A DNA stretch of 58,780 bases, filler included, from Dugesia japonica (lineage: Eukaryota), in the NCBI GenBank assembly GCA_001938525.1. It is 6 parts of 6 records of this genome, joined end to end, with 100 filler letters (N's around TTAATTAATTAA, not from the genome) between each part and the next. Parts side by side here need not be neighbours in the genome. Positions count along the whole stretch, not along the records: positions 1 to 9,043 come from MQRL01638425.1; positions 9,144 to 18,043 come from MQRL01647839.1; 4 more parts are not named here. One strand, 5' to 3'. The translations under genes were made by a program, and so were the position numbers. Under the pieces are notes generated by a model. That model worked only from the letters and a program-made list of their open reading frames with translations, had not been told where the DNA came from and searched no databases. Each line of letters opens with the position of its first letter. The stretch's first letter is position 1. Of the stretch, positions 1 to 13,008 are shown in pieces.

Positions 1-1078
1 AAGTCATGACAACAGTTTATATAATTTAAATAAGGTTGTATCATTTCATTATTTTCTATGTCAAATTTTAATTCATTAGCAGGATAATTAGTATTATTTA
101 ATTGTAATTGTAAACCTTTAATATAATTTATTTTTGATACATTGGGTGCGCCTTTTGTAATATGATCAAATTTTTGTATAAATAAATTATTATTAGTTTC
201 AAATTTATTTTCTATTTCCTTAAAACAAAGTAAAATATATNTTGGTTGATAAGCTAAACTTCCAATTTTAAAAGAGCGAAATACTCCTGTATCTATAATA
301 GTTTTGCCGCATATCCTATTTAAATAAGAAACTTTAATTGGTTTTTCTAACGATATGCGTTCTAACATTATTAATTCTGTTTAGGGTAATAGTCGCACTT
401 CTGGAATATGGAATTCAAGTGTATCTAGTATTAAACTTGCTTTTGAATCTTTTTCACCATAAAATATTAATTTATCTTCAATTTGTCTGTTACATCTAAG
501 TTCTATACTTGTATTGTATAACAATCTATTATAATTTTGCATNAAACCAAATAAATGTTTTAATGGAAAGTAACCTTCAAAATTTCCTGATTTATAAATT
601 TTCATTCTTTTTTATAACCTTTATTGGATGATGTAATTTTTACTACATCTTTTTCAGCTGTTTTTATTATACTACCATCTTCTGTATCTGGTATCCAACT
701 TGACATTTGACCATATTCTTTTTTATATGTATCACTTGTTAATATTAAATTTAACATTGCACTTATGACACCAGGATCATTAATTGATTCAATTTCAGAT
801 GAGCCTAAAAATAATCTTAATGAATTAAATAAACATGGAAAGAAATTATTCTCTAATGTTATTTTATCTTTTGTTGGATCTTTAATTTTAATTTTAAAAT
901 ATAATAATGAATTGCAAATATCTAATGGGTTTGTAGATTGTAAACTTTGAAATACTATGTCACCCGAGGCATTTAATTTAGTAAATGATCCTGCTGTAGG
1001 TGAAATAACTAATATGTCATTTTTAATTGAAACATGTTGAAATTGAATGTTATTGTCTAAGTCTAACATTGTAATCAT
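1..1078 (-). pseudogene. Polinton double-jelly-roll major capsid protein (hexon-like), frameshifted
   Basis: ORF 602-1078 (LENNFFPCLFNSLRLFLGSSEIESINDPGVIS) shifts frame into ORF 381-605 (GYFPLKHLFGxMQNYNRLLYNTSIELRCNR). It continues past a stop to LERISLEKPIKVSYLNR...LQLQLNNTNYP, motifs typical of Polinton MCPs. Confidence 0.8.
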
Positions 1079-1294
1079 TTCTTATAATAATAATTTAATA
1101 ATTCATATAAAAAAAATATTACTATAACAAATATTAAAAAATAAATTAAATTAGTTTGATATTCAACTTTTGAATTTAAACTTTCAACAATATATATAAA
1201 ACTTGTTAAATCTTTTGTTGGTAAGTCTATCATCGTGTTATTTTTTAAAGTAATTGTTTAGACCTTGTTCTTGTTTTACGTAAAGCATTTAATA

Positions 1295-1790
1295 TTAAAT
1301 TTTTTTATGTTCATCTTGTTCACATTTCTTATATTCAATTAATTTATTAATTTTAGTTTCATCATATTCATTTGATTTTTCTATCTCTGTTTTTAAAACA
1401 TTATTTTCCATTTCTAAATCATANNNNNNNNNNNNNNNNNNNNNNNNNNNNNNNNNNNNNNNNNNNNNNNNNNNNNNNNNNNNNNNNNNNNNNNNNNNNN
1501 NNNNNNNNNNNNNNNNNNNNNNNNNNNNNNNNNNNNNTTCACTTAAATTGGTTCTAAACACTTTATCTTTTTTAATATCTTCAATTAACCAATCCATTTT
1601 CTTAAGTATTTTTTTATGCGTTTAATGATTTTTCTATTTCATCTTCATCATTATTAATTTTACCTGCAACATTAGCACCTGAATTAACAATTCTTTTTCT
1701 TGTTGGTTTATTATCATTGAGTTCATTTCTTTTATCAGTTAATGTTTGTTTTATTTTCTTTTCAGGAATTAATTCAAACTTTTTAGTTTT
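1295..1790 (-). pseudogene. Polinton-associated hypothetical protein, interrupted and gapped
   Basis: Lys/Glu-rich ORF 1295-1597 with an N gap, lying between the MCP and the element end; no recognisable domain. Confidence 0.3.
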
Positions 1791-1845
1791 TACATTAAAA
1801 AAATAATTACCATATTGATCATTAATAAATGAATTAGTTTTCTCA

Positions 1846-2130
1846 TTAAAATAATATTTTAGTTTTGAATCTTTTTCTTTCTGGTATTAAATTTAATTCT
1901 CTTAATGCTTTATTTAAAGTGTTAACTGATACATTAAGTTCTTTTGCTAAAACATTATCTTTTACATTTGGATCTTTATTTTTTATTTCTTTATATTTAG
2001 AAACTGAACATATCTTTTCTGATTTAATAAATAAATTTGGATTAAAACTGTTTTCACATTTCATGTTACATTCAACATTTATAGATGTTAATTTTTCATA
2101 TTCATATGCCATTTTTATCAATAAAATTAA
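1846..2130 (-). CDS. Small helix-turn-helix protein in the Polinton terminal region
   Basis: C-terminal NVKDNVLAKELNVSVNTLNKALRELN fits an HTH pattern. The start codon is uncertain; the ATG of MAYEYEK near 2109 is plausible. Confidence 0.45.
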   Translation of the reverse strand, partial: LILLIKMAYEYEKLTSINVECNMKCENSFNPNLFIKSEKICSVSKYKEIKNKDPNVKDNVLAKELNVSVNTLNKALRELNLIPERKRFKTKILF

Positions 2131-2559
2131 TAGCCATTTGTTAGCCAAAATGTCACATTGTGAATCTAACATTTTTTTCAAGTCACTTAGTATATCTAAC
2201 ATTTATAAATAATATTTTTCATTTAACATTTAACATTTATAAATAATATTTAGGGGTAAAATCTAATACCTGTAATACCTGTATATATAACTACTATTAT
2301 AATATATTATTTATTTTTTTCTGATGTCCCGTTCTGTTTATTCTCCGTACTTTAAAGAATCAGCTAATGACGTCATTATTGAATACTTCGCGTCTTTGTT
2401 GTTTTATGTTAGTAAATGAAAACAAACTTTTGACTAAAATTTAAAACCCCCTTTCATGTATTCCTGGCTACGCCACTGTATTTTTATTACATTTGTAATT
2501 TATAATATTTATATTCGTTATATTTATATTTATTATATTTATTTTTATATATTTTCTAG

Positions 2560-3236
2560 CCAATAGATTTGGTACAAATGAATTTTACTTTGATTACAAG
2601 GAACACTCAGATGATGATAAATTCTACCTCGTCACACCAAATCCACCATATAATGAGATACCAGGAAATTGTTTGTTTAAAAAATTGGACTCCATGACAG
2701 TTACCAATATAACCTTCAAAACGTTTCTTATTACTAGTTGTTACAAATTAAAATTTGTGAAAATAACTAGTATAAATATAAAATTAAATGAAAGGCCAAT
2801 TTTGTTCGTTGAACATCAAAATGGGGCCGTTAAAATAATCTTACATTTAATGATTATAACAAACATTCTAATGCCAGTAAACAATCAAACCAGGTTTAAA
2901 AGAAGCTCAGGATCAAGTAGATGTTCATTATATCCTCTTCAAGTCGATCTCAGTACTCTTTATGATCGTCAGTATACAGTCGGTGGAATAGTTCAAATTG
3001 GAAATTGCCAAGGTGATTGCTCCAATGAAATTCATTTACTAACTTTTCATGCAAGAGTTCGGTTGTTGATGAAACAGCGTCATGGAATGACGAATTCTGT
3101 GAATATAAGCCCAGGTCATTGTGGCCCTGATAAATATAAATCCCATAAAATTATGTATATTGAACCAGAAAATGAACAAATGCATATTATAATGGAGATC
3201 AAAGATTTGGTTGTTGAAAGCTGCAATTGTCATTGA
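2560..3236 (+). CDS. Divergent TGF-beta/BMP-family ligand, terminal exon (prodomain end plus mature cystine knot)
   Basis: Acceptor ttttctAG at 2558-2559 with an open frame from 2562. Furin site RFKR is followed by C..CQGDC..HC..CNCH-stop. AATAAA at 3325-3330. No signal-peptide exon identified. Confidence 0.85.
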
Positions 3237-4859
3237 TATACAATATTTTTATTATTATGTTTTTGATGCTTTAATATTTATTTATTGTTTATCGATTTTC
3301 AATGTAAACCTCTATTAATTTTCTAATAAAAATGCATTTGAATTTAAATTTATCTATTTATAATTGTGCATTATGGTAGAATTTATTGATAGACGGTTGC
3401 TATCGGTAGCTCACAGTTTTGTTCCTACAAAGCACAGAGTAAAATGAACTCGAATATACTGAGAGGTTTAGATTCTATGTTAGTGAATAATACACATAGA
3501 ATAGAATAATTTTAGTTTTAATTTATTTTATTTAAAAATAGTGAAACTTTTTATTAATAAATCTTTTGAAAATCCAAGTAAAAATTCAAAGTTTCGGATC
3601 TCTTACACTTTTTCCGAAAAACTTACCCAGCTTTAATTGTTAAAGTTCTTGTTCTCTTTTATTAATAGTTTTTGAATATGGTCAATTCTCCTTTTCACAT
3701 TTGTATCTCTTTTCAAATCACTGTCTATCTCACAAAAACCATCCATCAAATTTCCAATATTGAAAGAATACGTTCTAGATCGACCGTTTTCATAACTTCT
3801 AGAGTTTCTTCTTTGCTTTGTTCTTCTTCCTTGTCTCATTGTTAATGATTTAATACTTTGATTAATTTTTCAGAGTCATCGTTTTAAAGTGACTTCTCTT
3901 GAACTTCTATAAGTTCTATCACATCATCAGTTGTAATATAGTCCAAAAGAGAAGTTATATTTGGAATCATAAAAAAAACTTTGACATCCCGTGGTTTCTT
4001 TATTTAGTCAAAGTTTTTGAAGATGTTTAAAACTATTGTACAAAAGAGGTACATTGAGTGGTAAATTGCTTTCTTAAAAAAATGAAAGGCATGGCATAGT
4101 AAAAATAACTTGTGTACCAATCTATGAAAAATTCTTGCATGACCAAAGTTCTTTTGGCAACAAGTTTTTTGTTTAGACCTCGTTAGCCACATATTGTATG
4201 TGAATGATACACGCGCTGTTACTATTGAAAAGGTTCACAAAGATTCATATATATCATTACCATTTTGATTTTAATGTTTTATACTTTATTTTGANTTCTC
4301 TCATTATTCTGTTGCTCCCTTCAAAACCAATTACAATATAAATCTTACGGGTTATTTTTAACTTATCTTCCCTCTGGTCTGTTTTATTTTTAACTGGAAT
4401 GATGATTTATTCTACACTTACAACTTTTACAATATCGTATTTTAATAATCGTTTATAATCTACTGATGTCAGAATTTTTCTTTCTACTTTCAGTTTATTC
4501 TGTTTTATTTTACTAATAAATTTGTGGATGTTGGGAAAAGTTTTAAATTCTACGACGTGTCTCAATTACTGGTTGTATATAATTCACAATATAATTAATT
4601 ATTGCTAATTAATAAATACAACAAAACAAAATTAATTTTGAAATTATTTCTTTTGAAAACAGTATAAATCAAATAAATATGAAACTTGGATAACTTACAA
4701 AACGATTTAAAAAATTTAACATTTTAAACAGTTTTTGCTTTTATTGAAAATTAGCAAAAGTAATCAGTGACAATGAGAATCCCTACAAATAGTTTTCTAA
4801 GCCACAATAAGCAATGCTATCAAAAAGTTATAGTTGTTTTCTTTAGATTTTCCTCGGTA

Positions 4860-6470
4860 ATCGGCATTTGGTAGTCATGGCTTGACAAATCCTCCTATAC
4901 TATCAAAGATTTCGTCAGGTAATAGTATTGAGAATATAAGTGTATTTGTCTTGGCACTCAGTGTTCTGTAATCTACGCACATTTGATTATCCCCGTTTTT
5001 CTTTTTACAATTCTTTACAACAGTAGGAAACTTTAACGGTGAAGTACTAGGCTTTACAATTCCTGCTTTGTCTATCATGTTATCTATTTTATCTTTTAAT
5101 CCTTTTGGGATTCTAGTAGGCTTGAACGCGACGGCCTTGATGGGATACCAAATCTCTTTTCCTTATATCCGTTTTGTATTTGCTGAATATCTCTGCGTTT
5201 CTGTCTAAGATTACCATTGTGCTTTTCACGTTTCCCGAGCTGTTTTTTCTAATAATTTTACCTTGTATTTCTTTTAAAATCTTGGTAACAAGACTTTTCT
5301 CATTATTTATTTTCTTTTCTGTCAGACTATTGATTGATAGTTAGCTTTTCTTTTTGGGCTGAATTAACTCTACGTATTCTAATGTCGTATACTATTTTTA
5401 TCTCATCGAAGCATATAAACTTTAGCCCATTTAAATTCATCTATGCTTTTCACTAAGCTATCAGTAATTAAGAGATTCCTCTTTGCAATTCTTCACTTAT
5501 CGTAACATTCTCTACTACAACCACTTTATAATTTTAATCATTATAATTATTATTTTGAGTCTCATTTCTAAGGATTACCGCATTCTGACTCATCGATACT
5601 GTCGGAATTAGTTTTTTATTGACTCAGCTGTTATAATTTTGGATAGAAAGGAATATTGATACCCTGTATTTCTATTCCATTGTTGGTAGTATCCACTAAA
5701 ACTTCAAATGTTTTCATACTTCTTAACCCTATAAAAGGGAGAAAATATTTGGCATGATATCGAGGACATTAGCTGTTATTACCGACCCGATTGCTACATT
5801 CATTTGAATGTCATCTAGACAGCTTTTAGTAGTACCATTTGCACAGGTTATTTCGGTTATATGTTTTAAAGGCTGGATTCTGTTTTCCTATACGCTCCGC
5901 TAGCGCCTGGCTTATGAAATAAAACCCAGCACCTGTATCAAACAAAGTTTTGATTATTAAACCTGCCACTTAGCATCCTATAATTGTCAATTTATTGCTT
6001 TTTTGCTCTGGAATAAGAGATGACTGTTGGCNCGAATCTTATAACTTTAGTTTTAGCCGTTTTTGAAGTTGCCGTAATTTTTTTGTTTACTTAGCAAATT
6101 CGAGCAATATGACATCTTCGTTTAAATTGAAAACAATGTTTGGTTCCCCAAAATCGTGCAATGTGTCCTTTTTTTCCATATTCACAACATTTTTAATGAC
6201 TTTTCCTCCTTTTCTTTCATTGATTATACGCTAGTTTACTTTTTTGATTTAATTTGTTGTCGAAATAAGTCCTCTTGGGGTTTTTATTTGTCTTCAATTC
6301 ATCTATTTCTTTCTTGAGTTTTTCTCTTTCTATTTTTAATGCTTTAATTGCGTCTTTCTCATATCTCACATTGAAATTAAAATTCTCTTCTTTATCATTA
6401 GGTTTCTCGTCCTTAATAGCTTACATTATAATAGCTTGTATTATTAAGGAATTTATTTTTTAAATTTTGA
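4860..6470 (-). mobile_element. Decayed Ty3/Gypsy LTR retrotransposon (gag-protease-RT N-terminus)
   Basis: Degenerate zinc knuckles at ~6100-6190 (CEYGKKGHIAR; CFQFKRRCHIARIC), aspartic protease LFDTGA (5931-5939), and the start of RT (GIVKPSTSP..PTVV..KKNGDNQMCVDYRTL). Many stops and frameshifts. Confidence 0.85.
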
Positions 6471-6879
6471 TGCACACATATGAGTATATACATACACTCA
6501 TGTGTGTATGTATGTACTCTAAAATTTACATAAAAAAATAATAAAATTGTATAACACTCATCATTCTAAAACGGCGATAGTGCTTATTGATCCTTATCAA
6601 TTTATAAACTCATCATTGGGTGTGCCGTTAAAACCATCAAAACAACACCATTTACAACAAAGGAATTTAACGATAATCGGATAAAAAAAGTCAAATGGGG
6701 TTTTTCTTGCAACCAGTTTAGAGGTTTTGGAGTAAACAGCAAGCATGCCACCAAGATGGAATTATATCAGTAAAGAAACAGAGAAAAGTGTTTGGGTCAC
6801 AATAAACTGGAACCACTAAAATTTTTTGGTATCATAGAAATGAATTGTGTATTTGTCTTGATGACTTTGAATGAACTAG

Positions 6880-7700
6880 TTGAATTACTTACAGACATTT
6901 GTACACGTTTTTTGATGGAGGAATTAATGGGGATTTAGCATTTGTTAACAAACATCATGTCGTTAGTAATGAAAAAGAATTTAGCTTTTGTTCATCGATT
7001 TTAATACTTAATATGGATGAGAATAAAACCAAAATTACCGTAGAAAGACTTTCAATGTATTCACGCGAATTTGGAAACTATATAAGAACTTAAATTTTTT
7101 ATCGTCTGGATACACTATAGAAATTGACATGGAAATTCCTCAAGAGCTCCATGATTATTTAAGCAATTTGCCAGTAGCAGCCGAACAGCAAAGTACTCCA
7201 GGAAGTGAATTTAAAAAATTAATATTAACGCATCAACTAAAACATAATTATGTAGTGCACTAGAGGCTACTACGTATGTGTATTAAATAAGGTGTCAAAA
7301 TAATGAAAATACACAGGGCTGGGAAATTTATACAGGATAATATTTTCAAAGAATATATAGATAGTAATGTAAAATTAAGATTTCAAAGCAAATCGGAATT
7401 GGACAGAAATTATTATAAGCTTCTGAACAACAGTCTATATGGAAAAAATGTAGGTAATATGAAGAAGCGTCTAAATCTCCGGATCTTTAATTAGATTACA
7501 AAGTTAATGATTAAAGCCTGGATTCAGAAAAATCAACTAAATAGATAATGAACTGATTACAGTTACTCAATAAAGAAATCGTTAATCTGGATCGATCAAG
7601 TTTTACTGAACAAACGTTACTTGACTTAAGTAAATTAAGTATGTACCCGTAATAGTGCATTGAGTTGGAAAAATATAGAAGACAGTTTAGTTGTTAAAAT
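6880..7700 (+). pseudogene. Protein-primed family B DNA polymerase fragment (Polinton-derived)
   Basis: GGINGDLAFV..HVV, GYTIEIDMEIPQELHDYLSNLPVA, KKLILT..KHNYVVH and motif B YKLLNNSLYGK, broken by stops and frameshifts. Clearly diverged from the PolB at 35487. Confidence 0.85.
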
Positions 7701-8349
7701 TAAATTCAATCAAGCATATGTCAAAGTAATCATAATATTTCATATTAATTAAAATTAATTTTAATATTTAGTAATCAAATCCGATCAATTCCATTTAATC
7801 CTAAAAATGAAATTAATAAATGTATTGTAAAAAAATTCTGTTTTGTTATTTTGTTNNNNNNNNNNNNNNNNNNNNNNNNNNNNNNNNNNNNNNNNNNNNN
7901 NNNNNNNNNNNTTAACTAATTAAAAATCAAGTAGAGAAAATTAAAACTTAACCTAAATAAAACGTAACCTTGTAAAATTTAACTACTTAAAATAAACGTT
8001 ACTACCAGAGAAAATTCTAATATCAACTAATTAAAAATTAGCTTAAGTTAAAATTAAATTGTAAAATTGACCGAAGTTAAAACACTACCGATTAAGATTT
8101 TTATAGTATTATATAAGAAAATATATTTAATTTACTATATTTTTTAAATGAATTTCTTATTTATTATTATTATTGTTATTATTATTGAATTTATAAGTGT
8201 GTTTTTATTTTTTTATTATTTATAATTTTATTATTATGTGATTATTTATTATTTACAATTTAGATTTATTATTTGCATTTAATTTTCTTTTAATAATTTT
8301 AAATAATTCGTCAAAAAATTGAAAAATCAAAAATAATTAATCAAAATTC

Positions 8350-8550
8350 GAAAAAAATTGTACAAAGGACGCAAAGGTTGCTTTTCTGCCTCCATATTCT
8401 CTTCAGCTGAATCCAATAGAAGATATTTTTTCGAAATGGAAAAATGTTATTAAAAAACACAAAAATGTTTTACAAGAGATGATTGTTAAAAAATATTTTA
8501 ATCATATGCAGAAATTCGCTGTAAAAGCATTGAGAAAAGAGGAGTTTTAA
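8350..8550 (+). mobile_element. Tc1/IS630-family transposase C-terminal remnant
   Basis: Manual translation VAFLPPYSLQLNPIEDIFSKWK matches the LPPYSPxLNPIE catalytic-Glu motif. Confidence 0.75.
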
Positions 8551-9043
8551 TGAATATTAATTTGATGTTTATTTATGTTTTATTTATTATTTATTATTAT
8601 TTACTCAAATAGGAAACCATGTAAACATAATAAAATATAAATGGTTTCAATATTTTTAATAAAACATTAAGAAAAGTAATATATTAATTAAAAATATAAG
8701 AGTGTTTCGGAAATTTATGCTCAATTGCTATCAACAACGAAAACTAGAAATAACAGAAAATCAATAAATAATTTGAAAAATATTGTAGAATTCGAAAGAA
8801 AATCAAAAAAGAGATTTCTTTGAACTTTAAAGTTAATTAAAAATTCTACATAATAAATCACATGAATAATATTTACGCAGATTAACACATAAATTTCACT
8901 TTATTTGCAGTGATTAATATTTTATGATAATGCCAGACTTGATCCTTATCCAAAGATTAATGGGCTTAGGTGTAATAATTGATGATGTGAAAAGTTGAAT
9001 TTTTATCCGATTAAGCAATTTAGCTGCTTTTGTATCATTCTTC

Positions 9044-9142
9044 NNNNNNNNNNNNNNNNNNNNNNNNNNNNNNNNNNNNNNNNNNNNTTAATTAATTAAN
9101 NNNNNNNNNNNNNNNNNNNNNNNNNNNNNNNNNNNNNNNNNN
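9044..9142. other. Artificial scaffold linker (N-TTAATTAATTAA-N)
   Basis: A 12-mer with stops in all six frames (9088-9099) inside an N run; identical linkers recur four more times. Confidence 0.95.
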
Positions 9143-10569
9143 NTAGCAGCATTACGGTGATTTGATGAACCAAAGCGAGTATTATAGAGTAAAGGAATAC
9201 GAGCATGCACTCAAGCTACGGGTTTCGAGTCACCGGCTTTATTCCGAAAATCTAAAACAATGACGATAGACCTAGTTCTTCGATGGATTTTACAATTTGT
9301 CTAATCCTAGACTTAACTTGAAATTGAGCTACCTACCGAAATCTAATTAAATCATGTTTAGCTTCACCATTTTTATATAAATTCATTTCAAAATAAATTT
9401 TTTTCTTTTATCAATTTTTTCCTTTAATTCTTCAAAAGATAAACCATATTTCTTTTTTATTCAAGAGATATATTAATTGGGGCAAATAATTTGGGTTTTG
9501 TTTAAATTCTAGAACTGGGTTCAACAACTCTTGGTGGTCTAGTGAACGTTCCACTAGTGTTTCTCTCGCTACTCTTAGGGGTCTTGTTTATTTTTTACTT
9601 TTAATTTTGGTTTAATTTTTATATTAGTTTGTTATTTCATTAAATTTGACTCTAAAAGTGATTAATTTACAGTTATTTTATATTTTCCATTAATTGATCG
9701 TTTGTAATAATTTTTCTATTTACTATCTTGTATGGTATATTATAATCATTTAAAAATTTTCTTATTGTTTTACTTATTATTCCTATATTCTTAGAAAATT
9801 CATCAACGCTTATGGTTTTAAAATATAAATTTCTTAATATTTCTTCCAGGTCCATTTTTTTCTATAAATTATAAATTATTCTAAAAGATCCACCTTTTTA
9901 ATAGCATAATCATTCAATTCTATAATATCAAATTCTGCCTAAATAATATTAAGAGATTGTTCCTATATTACATCCTCAGTGATCATACTATTTGTGTTTA
10001 CACCTTGAGTGATAGCTTTCTTTGGTTTTTGATTCTTGTAGTTGTCACCCCTGTGGGAGATTTTTAATTATTAATTATTAAAATTATTCGGACTTTTCTA
10101 ATGCCTGAAGCATAAATTCTTTAACATAAATATTTAAATTCTTTTGGAACTGGAATTCTAACTTTTTTTGGCCAAATGTTTTTTATATCGCAATTTATAA
10201 TATTATTTGCGATTGCTTTTCCATCAATATTGTTATAATTAGTATTTTGATTTGTTAATTATACTTGGCTGTTTTACTGTGATTTTCTCTTTCTCTTCTT
10301 AATGTTTTGTGTTAAACTAAGCCTGTTTTCTAATTCGACATTGTTTTCTACTGTATAATGTGCTAATGTTCTTAAACATTTTACTAAATAATCCATTCCT
10401 TTCATATTTAAATAAAAATAGTTTCAACATGTATATTTCTTGTAATATTTGTATAATGGAATAATTTCAACCAATAGGAATTAAGATAAATTATTTTTAT
10501 TAATGATTAGTTTCTATTTCAAATTGTTTTAATAAATAAATTATAGTTTTAATTTGAAAATACAAATAT

Positions 10570-11490
10570 GCGTGAAATTAATTGTGGTTATTTGGTAAAT
10601 CAATTATCTTTAGAAGATGTACGTACTATGGGGACAGGGGTAAATATCGATTCAATTACAGATAGGTTATTGCAAAATGTGTTCTGCAGAGGAGATAATA
10701 TAGAAAACATTAATAAAGTATTGTGAATTTATTTTGATGCTAAAGGCATCACATAGAAGAAACAATAGGAAAGATTAGTTTCTTGTTTGTAACATGACCA
10801 TTGCTGAAAGAATACGTAAAGACGTTGAAAAAGATTAAAAGGTTTTAATCTCGTTTACGTTTGACATTTGAGAAAAAGAAAGATTTTATAAAAGATTTTC
10901 AAAATTTGATTAACTACAGGCGTGGATGAAGAAATTCAAGTTTATATTACGAATGTAGAAGATTTAGCGAAAATATTATTTACAAATAAAGATTTTACTG
11001 AGGAAAAATTGCAGCAAAGATGTTCAGATAACAAAAAAGTGAAGAAGAAGAAACAATGACGTTAGTAGATCGAGTAGAGAAAACAGAGATCAAGTTTATG
11101 CAGTTACAAATTACGTGCGAGTTACAAGTCAAAATTATCAGAAACCTGTAAATCATAAAGTGAGTGCAATTGTAGATCAAAGGACGGAAAAGCAGAATAT
11201 TGAAAGTTGGTTATGTCATACGATCAGTCATATTAAAGCAAATTATCTGACAAAAAAAGTAGTAGAGTGTTGGACTTGTCATAAAAAGGACATATAAGTC
11301 GAGTTTATCCAGATAAAAAAAAGGAACAAAATGCTTTAGTTGCGTATTATTAGTAGGTTATGTCAAGAGGTGATGTGTAAAAGATGTAGAAATGGTGGAC
11401 ATAAAGTAGAGACGAGCGTTATAAATTTGAAAATGAAAAGAACAACTGAGAAATTTGTGACTAATGGAGGGCCAGGTAACCGAAGTAGAA
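10570..11490 (+). mobile_element. Decayed LTR-retrotransposon gag
   Basis: Zinc-knuckle remnants ECWTCHKKGHISRV (~11265-11305) and CKRCRNGGHK (~11375-11405) follow a fragmented capsid-like region. Confidence 0.65.
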
Positions 11491-11498
11491 GATAGAGA

Positions 11499-12490
11499 CT
11501 AAGAACTATGAATTAGTCCTTTAATCATATTTCTTTTATATTTTATGCCACAAAAACTAACAGGATTTGTAAATAAATTGGTATCAGTTTCCTTTTTATA
11601 TATTTCTGTTTTAAAGAAATTATTCTTTCTTTCAATAAGCATACCAAGAAATGTTATAGTTGAATTGATCTCTTTCTCGACCGTAAAGCCTATATTTGAA
11701 TGCAAGTTATTGATGTACTCCAAAAACGGATGAACTTGAAAGTGATTTTCAAAAACAAGGAAAAATACACTGAAGGTTTAACAGAAGAATAAATATTAAT
11801 CTTACTCTCTAATTTAGACAAGAAAATAAAAGCTTACATTGGAGCTATTGGAGATCCCATCGTCGCACCATCAACCTGTCTATATCATTCATCATTAAAA
11901 AGAAATTGAACATTTGATGTTGGAAAAGTTAAAAAATCAGGAAACGCTATATCGTCNNNNNNNNNNNNNNNNNNNNNNNNNNNNNNNNNNNNNNNNNNNN
12001 NNNNNNATCTCTTTCTCGACCGTAAAGCCTATATTTGAATGCAAGTTATTGATGTACTCCAAAAACGGATGAACTTGAAATTGATTTTCAAAAACAAGGA
12101 AAAATACACTAAAGGTTTAACAGAAGAATAAATATTAATCTTACTCTCTAATTTAGACAAGGAAATAGAAGCTTATATTGGAGCTATTGGAGATCCCATC
12201 GTCGCACCATCAACCTGTCTATATCATTCATCATTAAAAAGAAACTGAACATTTGATGTTGGAAAAGTTAAAAAATCAGGAAACGCTATATCGTCTAAAG
12301 AGGATTAATTAGAATTAAATTCATTCCATATTACACAACACAGTATTGTCTCTTTTAATGGAACATTAGTAAATAAACTTATTATATCAAATGGCACACT
12401 GAAACAATCCTTACTAGCCAATGAATATTGAGAAATAAAAGATGAAAATTTAAAGCTGTTTTTGCAATCGAATTCAAATGTATATAAAGG
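11499..12490 (-). mobile_element. Penelope-like retroelement RT fragment
   Basis: FDIISLFTNVPLKET, YRQVDGATMGSPIAP and INNLHSNIGFTVEKE...TFLGMLI...TEIYKKETDT are PLE RT motifs. Part is duplicated across the N gap. Confidence 0.85.
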
Positions 12491-13008
12491 CTTGTTTGTT
12501 TTAATATTCTTTAATTTGCCTGATGATTGTGGTTATTCCGTCGAAATTGATTGTAAATAATAAATATTTTTAAAAATAGCGTTCTATTATTATTATTATT
12601 AGTTTAGTTATTTGATATTAATTATTAATTAATTAACGAATTAATTAATTACAAATTAATTTACTGTGTCTCGCTTTGATATTTTATGAGAAAATAAATA
12701 TTGACATTTTGTAAATTAAGCGATTTTCAATTAGAGAAAAATCGTAATCAGAAGTCAACACACTTGTAGAACTTTGTCTTCAAGTCGACATAACAGGTAA
12801 TTCCGGAATTCGATTGTTAAAATTACAATACAATAACAGCATTTGAGAAAATATACACACACATTCATTGTCATATTACATCACGAGTAAATTCGAGTGA
12901 AATGCGGCACACAAAGTAGAGTAGACAATACAAACAAATTGAAATTTTACCAATATAAATTAGATAGAAAATTTTTGAAAATATCATTTTGAATTTCCAA
13001 CGAAAAAA

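Larger units (their letters stand above)
1..2295 (-). mobile_element. Polinton/Maverick terminal segment (decayed), truncated by the window start
   Basis: Contains a major capsid pseudogene and small AT-rich ORFs. It ends at ACTACT (2290-2295), the Polinton-type terminal motif (AGTAGT on the minus strand), preceded by short subterminal repeats (tttaaca x2-3, aatacctgt x2). Confidence 0.7.

Noticed and set aside
3633-4330. Possible env/accessory ORF downstream of the decayed Gypsy pol
   Set aside because: Short fragments with no signal peptide, cysteine pattern or other recognisable motif.
6473-6507. Short imperfect palindrome cacacatatgagt...actcatgtgtg
   Set aside because: Low-complexity CA/TA-rich sequence at a junction of decayed elements; no supportable function.
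9340-10420. Decayed AT-rich minus-strand ORFs, possibly Polinton-derived
   Set aside because: No diagnostic motif could be recognised, so no call was made.
11668-12296. Duplicated Penelope RT segment
   Set aside because: Same pattern of duplication across an N gap; probably an assembly artefact.
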